Shown here in pieces: positions 51,022 to 64,000 of a stretch of 64,000 bases of DNA. The translations under genes and the position numbers were made by a program. Each line of letters starts with the position of its first letter. Positions within the stretch are counted from its first letter, which is position 1. Under the pieces are notes generated by a model. It had not been told where the DNA came from. It did not search any database and saw only the letters and a program-made list of their open reading frames with translations. Source of the stretch: Macrostomum lignano (taxonomy: Eukaryota); NCBI GenBank assembly GCA_002269645.1, contig NIVC01001523.1, positions 124,001 through 188,000 on the forward strand. Direction: 5' to 3'.

Positions 51022-51460
51022 GTCTATCTATCTGTCTATCTATCTATCTATCTATCGTTCCAGCACAGTCTATTCATCCAACATCGATTTGTGAGCACTT
51101 CCCCAGCCGAACACACTAACACGCGACACACAGGCACACCAGAGCACGCAGCTCAGGCTGCGGCAGCTGACAATCAGCATACTCAATACAGCAGAAGCCC
51201 GCAGAGGCCGGCCGGCACCCAAACCAGGGAAATTGCCGCCCCGTCTCTTAACGGGGCCAATCGACAGCCCCACCCCAAACCCTTCAGCCACTTCAATGCC
51301 GGCCGGGCGAGAGAACCGCGGCGCAAGTCGACGCGGCCGCCGCCAGTTTGCCGGGCTCGGGCAGGATGGAGAAGTGTCGGGGAAATTGCTTCAGGGGTGG
51401 GGGTGGCCGCTTATTCCCACCCGCATGTATAGCGAGTTCTGGAGGGGGAGAATTTGGTCG
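50430..51460. promoter_or_regulatory. GC/CpG-rich unique island with three CCAAT boxes; possible promoter or enhancer upstream of gene B
   Basis: CCAAT at 50534, 50906, 51257; CpG-dense 51060-51450; position only, no transcript evidence. Confidence 0.3.
50965..51056 (-). repeat. (TATC)n, i.e. a GATA repeat in inverted orientation
   Basis: Directly visible. Confidence 0.95.
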
Positions 51461-51669
51461 GATTAATGGGTGCGGGGCGTTAAGGATGGGCCGAGGGCGA
51501 CAAGGCAGTTACTGGGAATGGGAGAAAAAAGGCTGAAGAGGGAAAGAAGGGGAGACGGACTCGAGAGATCCCATAGTGCTGCGGGTGGGAGAGAACGGGT
51601 AAAAAGAGGGAGAGAATGGTTCAATGAGTTGAGAAAAGATAGAGGAAAGAGTGAAGTCATCTGAGCATG

Positions 51670-53090
<1,421 letters not shown>

Positions 53091-53924
53091 GACAGACACA
53101 CGAAGAAGACACACGATCTCTCCATACTCAAGCCGATCATAACTCATCCCCAATGGGAGCAACACGCGAGTCCAGTTCAGAGCGGAGCAGCGAGCTGCAC
53201 ATAAAGCATTAGCGGTATCGGTGCATCGGGTCGGGGCCGATCAAGCTATACTTGTACCAAAACTACTGCATATTATGTGATGCGCTGGGTGCTTGAGATA
53301 ACAGTTTAGCATATTTATAGTTGCCCTCGTTCCCATCTCTCCCCGAGAAGTGTTCGAACTTCGAATTCGAACGGGCGCTTGCGGCCGCGCAGGGAAGGGA
53401 AGGCGGAGCAAACATCTGAGCGGCTGGCAATTCGAACTGATGGAAATGTCGAAGGCTTAGATTAGCATAAAGCCTGACTATCTGTGCTCCGTTGGGAATT
53501 TTCTCGACCAAAATGTTCCGAAGCCTTTGCCTATCGGATGTACAATTTCCATTTCTGTCTATCCGGCGAATGAGGGAGGGCATCGCATTATGCCGGACTC
53601 AACTTCTGGAACTGATTTATTCATTCATGCATCCCAATATTGAGCGGCCATGCCCAGATACAAGCTGCAACTCAATCAAGCTGTTTGCTCACAGCTTCTG
53701 TTCTGCAGCCGAAATTGCATGCCTGCTCATTCAATCCCGAAAGTCCAGCATTACGGGGGGAGGCATTAAGCTAAATTCGATATTTCGGATTTGGAGTTCT
53801 AGTTCGTTCCGCTGCACGAGTCAGTGACTTTGACAAGACTGTGGGAAGGAAATGATTGGCATGTAGTGACACTGTTGTGCCATTCAGAATTCATATCCGC
53901 GGTGTTCGTGGATCAGAATTGGAT

Positions 53925-54380
53925 ATCCGGGAATTCCGGGATCTTGGTTGGCGAATTTTGATATCAGAATTGGGGGATTCTGAGATCATGGTTAAAGAAT
54001 TTTGGGATCGGGGAATTCTGGGATCAGGGGATTCCGGGTTCGGGGAATTCTGGGATCTTAGTTTGGGAATTGAATTCCGGGATCAGGATTGGGGGATTCT
54101 TAAATCATAGCTAGGGAATTCCGGGATCGGGGAATTCCGAATTTCCGACATCTTGGTTGCGGAATTCCGGGATCAGGATTGGGGGGGGGGGTTCTGAGAT
54201 CATGGTTAGGGAATTCCGGGATCGGGGAATTCCGGGATGTTGGTTGGGGAATTCCAGAATCAGGATTGGGGGATTCTGAGATCATGGTTAGGGAATTCCG
54301 GGATCGGGGAATTCCGGCATGTTGGTTGGCGAATTCCGATATCAGGATTGGGGTATTCCAGGATCGGAATTGGGGAATTT
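53925..54380 (-). repeat. Degenerate GGGAT/GGAATTCC array (ATCCC-like words on the minus strand)
   Basis: gggaattccgggatcgggg repeats. Confidence 0.85.
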
Positions 54381-54937
54381 CGTTTTACGGATTGAGGGTC
54401 TACCCAATTTAGAATTAGAGGGAATAAAAAAAATCGTAGACTGAAAATTACTCAATACAAAAGGATAGAGTAAATCTGAATTCATATGGAATTCTGAGTG
54501 GCAAAAAAGCGAACCGATTTCACTGAATAAAAGCAGACTGCCAGACCGCAGGCAAAAGGATAAAAAGGATACATTCAATTCGTGGAAACGCAAGTCATTA
54601 AAGGATGGGAGATGACTGTACAGCCTGAATATTGCAACCTTTTTATCCCTAGGGGGAGAAAATTTCTGTGATGGTGAGAATCTATACTTTCATTTACTCA
54701 TGACCCCGTGTTCTAGGAAGGTTGCCCAAGGCAAAGAAACTGAAACTGAAAAGCAATCTTAGCGACGAACGTGCCATTGCATGGATGAGTGCATGCGTTG
54801 TACTCGGACTGACAAACCTTGAAGCAGCTGGCGCAATAATTAATATCAAAAAATTGAAATGAGGAACTGGAACATTTCTCCCGCTGGCTAAAAGTTACAT
54901 ACATGTACATCAGCTCGTGTGTATCGGTTAAAACATG

Positions 54938-55450
54938 GCACTCTGGAATCAGCACTCACTTACATCCATGATAAATGAAGTTAGCACTCTGGAATCAGCA
55001 CTCACTTAAATCCATGATAAATGAAGTTAGCACTCTGGAATCAGCACTCACTTACATCCATGACAAATGAAGTTAGCACTCTGGAATCAGCACTCACTTA
55101 CATCCATGATAAATGAAGTTAGCACTCTGGAATCAGCACTCACTTAAATCCATGATAAATGAAGTTAGCACTCTGGAATCAGCACTCACTTAAATCCATG
55201 ATAAATGAAGTTAGCACTCTGGAATCAGCATTCACTTACATCCATGATAAATGAAGTTAGCACTCTGGAATCAGCACTCACTTACATCCATGATAAATGA
55301 AGTTAGCACTCTGGAATCAGCACTCACTTAAATCCATGATAAATGAAGTTAGCACTCTGGAATCAGCACTCACTTAAATCCATGATAAATGAAGTTAGCA
55401 CTCTGGAATCAGCACTCACTTAAATCCATGATAAATAAACATGGCACTCG
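54938..55450 (+). repeat. 46-bp minisatellite, about 11 units
   Basis: gcactctggaatcagcactcacttaaatccatgataaatgaagtta in tandem. Confidence 0.96.
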
Positions 55451-56119
55451 GGAACGCCATCAACCTTGCATTTCTCGACAATCTTGCCCAAGCAAAAAAG
55501 AAACATGACAAGAAAGAAACATGATTATGAAATCCCATCCGGAGCACGGCTTCAGGGCATGTTGGGCTGCTTCTCCTCGAAAAAGAAGCCTTAAATTCGA
55601 AGCAATGTATATTCGGATTAACAGTCTGAAGCTGCGGCAGTTTTCAGTTCTCTCTGCAACACTGCACATGGGATGGGAGCCATTCAACACAAAAATAAGA
55701 CAGGATCAGATAGCTGGATGGGATGCAGGATTCAAAATTCAGAGGGAAGACGGCCTCTTGGGAAATCGAAGTTAAAGCATCCATATATCTCTAATCTATA
55801 GGTCTATCGATAGCCTAGGGCAGCGATTGAACTGGGATTTGGGAAGTGGATTTAATGACGGAGTATGGACTGAAATATAAGTTTGCCAATAAAGTATTTA
55901 GAATCTTTAAAAAGATCGATTTAAAAAAACTAATATGCTAAGGTTCATAGAGTCACTGCAGATACAACCCTACAGAGGATTCACATCGCCCTAAACGTTT
56001 CAAGTACCAATTTTCATAACGCCTAAACATTATACATTGCCTAATTTCTTCACGATAGCAATCTGGCCCGCTCAATGTTTGTATCTCTTCTTTTCAGATT
56101 TCTTTTCTTTTTTCTCTCC

Positions 56120-56790
56120 TCCCATCTCTCATCTCCCTTTTCCTCATGCTCCTCTCTCTTCTCCCCTCTCCTCATGCTCCTCTCTCTTCTCCCCTCTCCT
56201 CATGCTCCTCTCTCTTCTCCCCTCTCCTCATGCTCCTCTCTCTTCTCCCCTCTCCTCATGCTCCTCTCTCTACTCCCTCTCCTCATGCTCCTCTCTCTAC
56301 TCCCTCTCCTCATGCTCCTCTCTCTACTCCCTCTCCTCATGCTCCTCTCTCTACTCCCTCTCCTCATGCTCCTCTCTCTTCTCCCCTCTCCTCATGCTCC
56401 TCTCTCTACTCCCCTCTCCTCATGCTCCTCTCTCTACTCCCCTCTCCTCATGCTCCTCTCTCTACTCCCCTCTCCTCATGCTCCTCTCTCTACTCCCCTC
56501 TCCTCATGCTCCTCTCTCTACTCCCCTCTTCTCTTTTCTCCCTTCTCCTCTCTCTCCCCATCTCCTCTCCTTTCTCCCCCTTTCCTCTCATCTCATCTCT
56601 CCCATCTGTACTCTTCGTCTCTTTCCCTCTCCCCTCGTCTCTCATCTCCCTTCTCTTCCTCTCTCCCTCTCTCCCCTCTCTCCCCTCTCTCCTCTCCCCT
56701 CTCTCCTCTCCCCTCTCTCCTCTCCCCTCTCTCCTCTCCCCTCTCTCCTCTCCCCTCTCTCCTCTCTCCCTCTCTTCTCTCTTCTCTCTC
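56120..56790 (+). repeat. 28-bp CT-rich minisatellite grading into CT low-complexity sequence
   Basis: ctcctcatgctcctctctcttctcccct units. Confidence 0.93.
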
Positions 56791-58793
56791 TGGCCCGCAA
56801 TCATGCGCTAGATTTTATATGATCTGGGCCCTTGAGTAAAAAAAAAGTTTTCCGAACCCTGAATGGCTTATGGGCAATTAAACATCAAAACGGGTTGTTC
56901 AAGCCAATGCCTTGCGTGCTCTACAGGCGATGTGAAAGTACTCTACGGGATACAATTATACAATTATATAATGTCTGTTTTGCGGGCTCGCTTACCTCAC
57001 CTGCGTTACCTGCGTCCCAGAAAAGGAAATTCTGTTTATCCTAAAAAGAAGCAATCTGAGTAGACAAACAAAACAAGGAAAGATGGAACTTTGCGAAGGT
57101 GCTGGTGCTGCTGTGCAAGTAAAGCCTGTGTTGAACGAATCCTGTTGAGCTCCACTGCTCTGTGTTAACAGGCCTCCAATTCAAGCCTAGAGAGACAGAG
57201 TCGAAGCCCTTTCCATCGCGTTCATCCATGTTCTGCCCGGCTACCCGCCCCTGCTCCCTACCGCAGTTCGCTCGTTGAGTAGCCATTGGCAGAGCCGATA
57301 GGGAGAGAGGAGGAACCACAGGGCAGAACGGGTGTGGAGTGTGCGGAGCGTATGAGGCCAAAATAAGGCCAAAATAAGATAGGAAAGAAACTAAGGGGGA
57401 GAACGAACGGTAATAGAGGGGTGTGGAAATGGAACGAGTGGAGGAGAAACAGAGGGAGGGGAGAGAAGAGCCAAGGCAAAAGAGAGAGAGAGTAAAAATG
57501 GGATTAAAAAAGGGGAGACCAGCGCGATTCAGGATTCATCAAGAAGAGGAGACAGAATGACGATATAGAAGTCGAGACTCGAAAGAAAAAGAGCTTTGGG
57601 TGGAGTTCGGTCATTTGTCGTTCGGTTCCGATCGAGTCTGAGTCTGGGTGTCTCAGAGGTTTGTCTGACTGTCCCACCACTGTCCCACCCGCTCTGGAGT
57701 CTGTGGGGTGTCTGTAGCCGTCTCTGGGGAGTGATGAGGGACGAGACTGGGAAAGAACTGAGTGACACTGACAGTAACCGACAGACAGACTGAACAAAAT
57801 ATATCGAGGGAAGAACATTTTATAAGGGTTTCGTTAACCAAGCCTCTTTATTATATATTAAAATTCTTCTAATTAGCATAGGATGGTAGGTTTTCCTAGG
57901 AACAACCCGAGGAAAGATGGGAGAAGGAGAGGAGAGGGGAAAGTAGGGGATGAGAGAAGGGGAGGAAAGGAGAGAGATATTATTATACAATAACACTTTC
58001 ATATTGTGGTATTAACAAATCAAACTTACAATATTTCCATTGCCGACGTAAGTTAGTAGCGATTGAAGTGTTGGCTTGCAAACCTCGGTACCCATTTTAG
58101 AATGTCGAGTTAATATTCAGTTCTGTTAGTTTCTGTTAAAAGATGGTAACCTATAAGTATAGGAACGCTTCCAATGTTTCACGATGGCTTATGCTGGTTT
58201 GAACTTATTAAACCACCGTCCCCGGTCCACATCACTGATGATGCCCAAAATTATAACCGGGGTGCCGCTCTGTGTGTGAGGGGGGAATGACGAAGCCCCA
58301 TTCAACCAACCCCTTGCCGCCGGTTCCTCAGTTTGGGGTCCCCGTTGCAATGTACATTCCATATTCTTGTGCTGGCCTATTTAGTCATGGCCCCGCCGGT
58401 CGGCACTTGGGCCCCCCTCCTTTGCTCTGAATCAACCGCCTCCTCCCCTCCCCTACCCTCCCATCTGCAAGTGGTGAATCACTCACCCAAGTCCAAAAAA
58501 CCCCTCCTCTCATCCCTGCCACTCCCCCACCCCCAGTTTTGGTCTGAGGATTCGAATTCTATTTTTAGAACGGACACTGAACATTCCGGGAGTCACGTGA
58601 AAGCTTGCTGGCTCGTGAGGCTAAATAATTGGATGGAAGCGTCAGTGAAGCGCCTGCAAGATACGACAAGTTATTACAAGTTTTGGTTTTGGTTTTTGGA
58701 CTAAGTCACTACATGGAACATGCAGATGCAGTGCAGATAATTTTTTCTTCCCAAAAGAGCTAAATGAAAATCACTTTTTGAGCATTAAAGTAC

Positions 58794-59451
58794 GGGTACC
58801 TCTCATTTCGCCGATTCTCGTTTCGCCGATTCTCGTTTCGCCGAATCTCATTTCGCCGATTCTCGTTTCGCCGAAATTAGTTTCATAACCATCTGGACAT
58901 TAGACCATAGACAACTACACTAATGCAAGTGTGATTTAGATGTCTATGGCTTGAAAAATAGTGTTATTTTTTTATTAAATATTAAAAGTATATTATAAGT
59001 ATATTAAAAGTATATTAAAAGTAAATTAGTACTTTAATACTTTATTTTTCAAGCCATAGACATCTAAATCACACTTGCATTAGTGTGGTTGTCTATGGTC
59101 TAATGTCCAGATGGTTATGAAACTAATTTCGGCGAACCGAGAATCGGCGAAATGAGAATGTCAGCGAAATGAGAATCGGCGAAATGAGAATGTCGGCGAA
59201 ATGAGAATCGGCGAAATGAGAATGTCGGCGAACCGAGAATCGGCGAAATGAGAATGTCGGCGAACCGAGAATCGGCGAAATGAGAATGTCGGCGAACCGA
59301 GAATCGGCGAAATGAGAATGTCGGCGAACCGAGAATCGGCGAAATGAGAATGTCGGCGAACTGAGAATCGGCGAAATGAGAATGCTCGGCGAACCGAGAA
59401 TCGGCGAAACGAGAATCGGCGAAACGAGAATCGGCGAAATGAGAGGTACCC
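58794..59451. mobile_element. Non-autonomous foldback, MULE-like element with long TIRs, subterminal tandem repeats and a 9-bp TSD
   Basis: TSD ttaaagtac at 58785-58793 and 59452-59460; ends GGGTACCTCTCATTTCGCCGA...TCGGCGAAATGAGAGGTACCC; arms inverted over about 165 bp. Confidence 0.92.
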
Positions 59452-59852
59452 TTAAAGTACAAAAGGGTAAACTACGCTTGTAGCATTCTATATTACTTTG
59501 CGTTTTGTTTTTCAATATACTGTTTTGTGATTCGTGATTCTACTTATTCGTGATTAAATAAATGAGAGCAATTACGGTGTGTCGTTTTATTTCTTCGGAT
59601 GAGCTCAGTTCTGAGCTGAAGGTTTTAGAAATGAGAAAAATGGGCTTGACGAAATTTGTCAACAAACTGAATATAATGTGGGAAGGAACTTTCTTGAAAA
59701 TCATGAAACTTCGCAATAAAGTAAATGACAAAGAACTTTCGAAAAGGTCACTTCAATCGCCAATCGAGCTGAAAACTGAGTTTAAATAGGCGAGAGAGTC
59801 GAGATACTATTGACCACACAAATTTAAACAACAAAAATAATATGAAAAGTAC

Positions 59853-60111
59853 CAGGTGCGTCTCCATGAATTTTATGTTAGGGGGGGGGGGCAAAGCCAA
59901 GAATTCAACATGTACATGTACAGTACTAAATTCCTACATTTCCATTATTTTGAGAATCGTGTTGTCAGGAATGTCAGCGCTCATTCAAAATTATTGTTTA
60001 CCACAACGAGTCACAAGGTGGGGTGGGGGGACAAAGCATTGGCATGTCCCCCTATAGCTTTTACTGGGGGTGGGCATGTAACCCCTGTCCCCCTCGGTGG
60101 CAACGCTCCTG
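59853..60111 (-). mobile_element. hAT-type MITE, 259-bp copy without internal array
   Basis: Perfect 8-bp TSD aaaagtac; CAGG.GCGT...ACGC.CCTG termini; homologous to 61823-62807. Confidence 0.9.
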
Positions 60112-60737
60112 AAAAGTACAATAAAATTTTATTTTTATTCATCTTGTTAAGTTCAAATATCCCGCTAAACTACTCACGTAAGTTAGTAGGATATTAGGAA
60201 ATATGCTTTATATGAAAGTGAGACTTATGCTGGCTAAAGCAGATTTTTCTCGTAATAAACTTTCTGTATAATATAGTTGATAACTCGTATTATTAAATTG
60301 ATAAAATTCAAAGATCAAAAAGGATTTTCTCGACGATTACAAACTGCTTACAGATTAATTGTTCTCATATACATGTCCGCCTTAAGAACCTGGAACAACT
60401 CGAATATAAAAAATTGATTAATAAATTGTTTTTTTCACCATCTTAATTAAAGACAGAGCGAGGGCATGAGAGAATTGATTCCTAAATATGCTCGTATGAC
60501 TGATAGCAAAAACACCAGCTTGCCTTCGATGGAGTATCACGGAGAGCAATATGTGTGCATGCATTCATTTATTCAAAACAAGAATAACCATGCGTAGGGC
60601 AGGGGATATGGTAAAGGTAGTCGATACCCATGGAGAAAGTTTGCCTGAACAAAGCTTTCCTGAATTTCTTGCCAATAGTTTGCTTTCGAAGTTTTGTTGT
60701 CAAGATTTCGCACTTTGCGCACCAGCGATTCAAAATT

Positions 60738-61430
60738 TCCTAAACCTAAACTAAGAATCACCCCTAAACCTAAACTAAGAATCGCCCCTAAACCTAAACT
60801 AAGAATCACCCCTAAACCTAAACTAAGAATCACCCCTAAACCTAAACTAAGAATCACCCCTAAACCTAAACTAAGAATCGCCCCTAAGCCTAAACTAAGA
60901 ATCGCCCCTAAGCCTAAACTAAGAATCGCCCCTAAGCCTAAACTAAGAATCGCCCCTAAGCCTAAACTACGAATCGCCCCTAAGCCTAAACTAAGAATCG
61001 CCCCTAAACCTAAACTAAGAATCGCCCCTAAGCCTAAACTAAGAATCACCCCTAAACCTAAACTAAGAATCGCCCCTAAGCCTAAACTAAGAATCGCCCC
61101 TAAACCTAAACTAAGAATCGCCCCTAAACCTAAACTAAGAATCGCCCCTAAGCCTAAACTAAGAATCGCCCCTAAACCTAAACTAAGAATCGCCCCTAAA
61201 CCTAAACTAAGAATCGCCCCTAAGCCTAAACTAAGAATCGCCCCTAAGCCTAAACTAAGAATCGCCCCTAAGCCTAAACTAAGAATCGCCCCTAAGCCTA
61301 AACTAAGAATCGCCCCTAAACCTAAGCTAAGAATCGCCCCTAAGCCTAAACTACGAATCGCCCTAAAGCCAAACTACGAATCGCCCCTAAACCTAAAACT
61401 TAAAAACCTAAAACTACGAAGCGCCCCTTT
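60738..61430 (+). repeat. 24-bp minisatellite (aaactaagaatcgcccctaagcct) with a telomere-like cctaaa word
   Basis: Directly visible. Confidence 0.95.
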
Positions 61431-61822
61431 AACTAAACTAATAACCACCCTTAACCTTAACTTTGCAATTTCCGTATAAAAGAGTAGGAAATTACTAATT
61501 TAGTAGCTAATGTAGAGAACTATTGTTTCTTTTCTTTACTAACAAAAGCGAGTATACAAGGTCAAAAGCTACAGGTAGTTAGTTTATTAAAAAAACATTA
61601 CTTTCTTTGTTTGCCTGTTCAACGGGGCTCAGAATTGCTGTTACACAGCTCGTACTATTAATTCCGTATCGTGAGTTTCGGTAAATATGAAAACAAGTTG
61701 AAAAGTGGAGAGCGCAAAAAGCTACTCTAAGTAGTATGAATAGTAAGGTAAGTCCTATTAAGTCTACCGTGGAGAACGAGCTAAAAGCAAAATGGACTGA
61801 ATTAAACAAGTTTATTCTAGAT

Positions 61823-62807
61823 CAGGGGCGTTGCCACCAGGGAGGGGGACAGGGAGGACATGCCCCCAGTATAAGCTATGGACGGGACATGCCAACAATG
61901 CTTTCCCCCCACCCCAGCTTGTGACCCGTTGTGGAAATCAAAATTCTCAGGGCGCCAAATTATAGTGCCTGCGGCGCCAAAATGAGTGCCTTCGGCGCCA
62001 AAAAAATGAGTGCCTGCGGCGCCAAAATGAGTGCATGCGGCGCCAAAATGAGTGCCTGCGGCGCCAAAATGAGTGCCTGCGGCGCCAAAATGAGTGCATG
62101 CGGCGCCAAAATGAGTGCCTGCGGCGCTAAAATGAGTGCCTACGGCGCCAAAATGAGTGCATGCGGCGCCAAAATGAGTGCCTCTGGCGCCAAAATGAGT
62201 GCCTGCGGCGCTAAAATGAGTGCCTGTGGCGCTAAAATGAGTGCCTGCTGTGGCGCTAAAATGAGTGCATGCTGCGGCGCTAAACTGAGTGCATGCTGCG
62301 GCGCTAAAAAGAGTGCATGCTGCGGCGCTAAAAAGAGTGCCTGTGGCGCTAAGATGAGTGCATGCTGCGGCGCTAAAATGAGTGTATGCTGCGGCGCTAA
62401 ACTGAGTGCATGCTGCGGCGCTAAAAAGAGTGCATGCTGCGGCGCTAAACTGAGTGCATGCTGCGGCGCTAAAAAGAGTGCATGCTGCGGCGCTAAAAAG
62501 AGTGCCTGTGGCGCTAAAATGAGTGCATGCTGCGGCGCTAAAATGAGTGCATGCTGCGGCGCTAAACTGAGTGCATGCTGCGGCGCTAAAAAGAGTGCAT
62601 GCTGCGGCGCTAAAAAGAGTGCATGCTGCGGCGCTAAAAAGAGTGCATGCTGCGGCGCTAAAATGAGTGCATGCTGCGGCGCTAAAATGAGTGCTGAACA
62701 ACACCGATTCTCGAAATATTAGACAGGTAGGAATTTAGTCATGTACATGCGCATGTAGAATTCTTGACTTTGTCCCCCCACCATAAAAATTAATGACGAC
62801 GCCCCTG
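61823..62807 (+). mobile_element. hAT-type MITE, 985-bp copy carrying an internal 21/24-bp tandem array
   Basis: TSD ttctagat/ttctggat (1 mismatch); TIR CAGGGGCGT...ACGCCCCTG. Confidence 0.9.
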
Positions 62808-63399
62808 TTCTGGATCGAATACCTGCACGATTCCAACGCAGTAGCTGCTACGTAGCAAATTTTCAGATTCAGATATAAGGAAGCGAACCTCCGACGTCAT
62901 CCCAAAATGAACTCTGCTATTGGACAGATAGGCGCACCTCTCTGATGGTCTTTAATTATATGCATGAGATATCATTGCTGTACATACTGTATCATTATGT
63001 ATAGTCTTGCTCCAGTTGCTGCGCATAGGACATATTATGGGACTCTACCCTCCTCTCTACCTCCTCTATAATAGCAATAGATGCAAAGGAATTCCTCCTT
63101 TCTGCGTTACTATGGTTACCTTAATACAACGGGCTCCAGACCCCTTATCCCGCATATCATTTGTGCTTGATGCCTGCTTGCAAGCAGTGCAGTATGTATT
63201 GAGGCCATTTGGCTTACCATACCCTGCGCCACTGTCGACGACAATAAAGCTTGCCTATCCTTTTTAGTCTCAGCTTGAGCGCTAAAATTTACACTACCAC
63301 AGAGTTAAATTGAAACTTATAATTGTATTGAATTTAGCCAGCGGGACCTGCGATTTCATGAGGTAAACAATTATAGGATACCGGAAGAATTGCTGAGAT

Positions 63400-63585
63400 G
63401 TCAAGGTTCAAGGCTCATGGGGGACAAGGTTCAAGGCTCATGGAGGACATTGCTGAGATGTCAAGGCTCAAGGCTCATGGGGGACATTGCTGAGATGTCA
63501 AGGTTCAAGGCTCATGGGGGACATTGCTGAGATGTCAAGGCTCAAGGCTCATGGGGGACATTGCTGAGATGTCAAGGCTCACGGG
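63400..63585 (+). repeat. About 37-bp short tandem array (gctcatgggggacattgctgagatgtcaaggttcaag)
   Basis: Directly visible. Confidence 0.85.
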
Positions 63586-63926
63586 GGAATCGCTGAAATG
63601 CTTGGCTCATAGGGGGTTGCTCAGATGCATGAGCCTAAACTCATAGAGGATCCGGTAATCTTAGGCTAGATTTCTGGTTTTCAGCCTCAGGGCGGATGCT
63701 TTTTTGCTTTGAAAATTATTTTCCCTAAGAGCATAACAACAGTGACTGTATCTGGTTAGAAGATACATGCAGTTTATTCAAAAAATCGTTTAAAAATTTT
63801 TTATTCATAATACAAAGAAACGAAATTCCTCGTACCTGTCAAACAGAATACTAGCGTAAAAGAACAATAGGTCAGACTCCATTTAATTTATTTGAGGGAA
63901 GGAATCGGAATTCGATTCGAGTAGAA

Positions 63927-64000
63927 GGGGTGCACGACAATTGACTGCCACAATTTGACTGCCAAAATTTGACTGCGGTCAATTTGACTGCGGAAAATTT
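63927..64000. mobile_element. Probable left end of another foldback/MULE-like element, cut by the window edge
   Basis: GGGG-start terminus followed by tandem aatttgactgc words, like the 58794 element; other end not visible. Confidence 0.45.

Noticed and set aside
53263-53583. 106-aa minus-strand ORF as a further 5' exon of gene B, and ttcgaa cluster as a heat-shock element
   Set aside because: No good donor found; GAA/TTC spacing does not match nGAAnnTTCn
60694-61479. KPKLRIAP repeat ORF (histone-tail-like)
   Set aside because: 24-bp satellite; a related array at 42800 has a 23-bp unit, so frame is not conserved
61817-62722. CGAKMSA / FSAAACT repeat ORFs (metallothionein- or antifreeze-like look)
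   Set aside because: Internal tandem array of a hAT MITE bounded by TIRs and TSD

Overview
Eukaryotic (animal) genomic DNA that is extremely rich in intronic tandem repeats. The style suggests a flatworm such as Macrostomum, but that is inference only. Two convergent multi-exon genes can be assembled by hand with phase-consistent GT-AG splice sites. Gene A is on the + strand (1780-20507, 11 exons, about 1064 aa): a low-complexity/polyQ protein of unknown function with a structured-looking, possibly EF-hand-like C-terminal domain. Gene B is on the - strand (46961-23380, 7 exons, about 581 aa): a two-RRM RBMS/MSSP/alan shepard (shep, sup-26) family RNA-binding protein with polyQ/polyA tails. 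A small + strand gene may be nested in the introns of gene B. Mobile elements: three copies of a tRNA-headed CORE-like SINE, a deleted Tc1/mariner, a foldback MULE-like element with a 9-bp TSD, two copies of one hAT MITE with 8-bp TSDs (one containing a tandem array that the other lacks), and a probable element cut by the window end. About 30 micro/minisatellite arrays explain almost all of the long repetitive ORFs in the ORF track. The most unusual signal is that several intronic arrays are built from splice-signal-like words (GTRAGT, CTRAC, YAG, ACTAAC), often on the sense strand of the host gene and close to exons. Any function for this is unproven.
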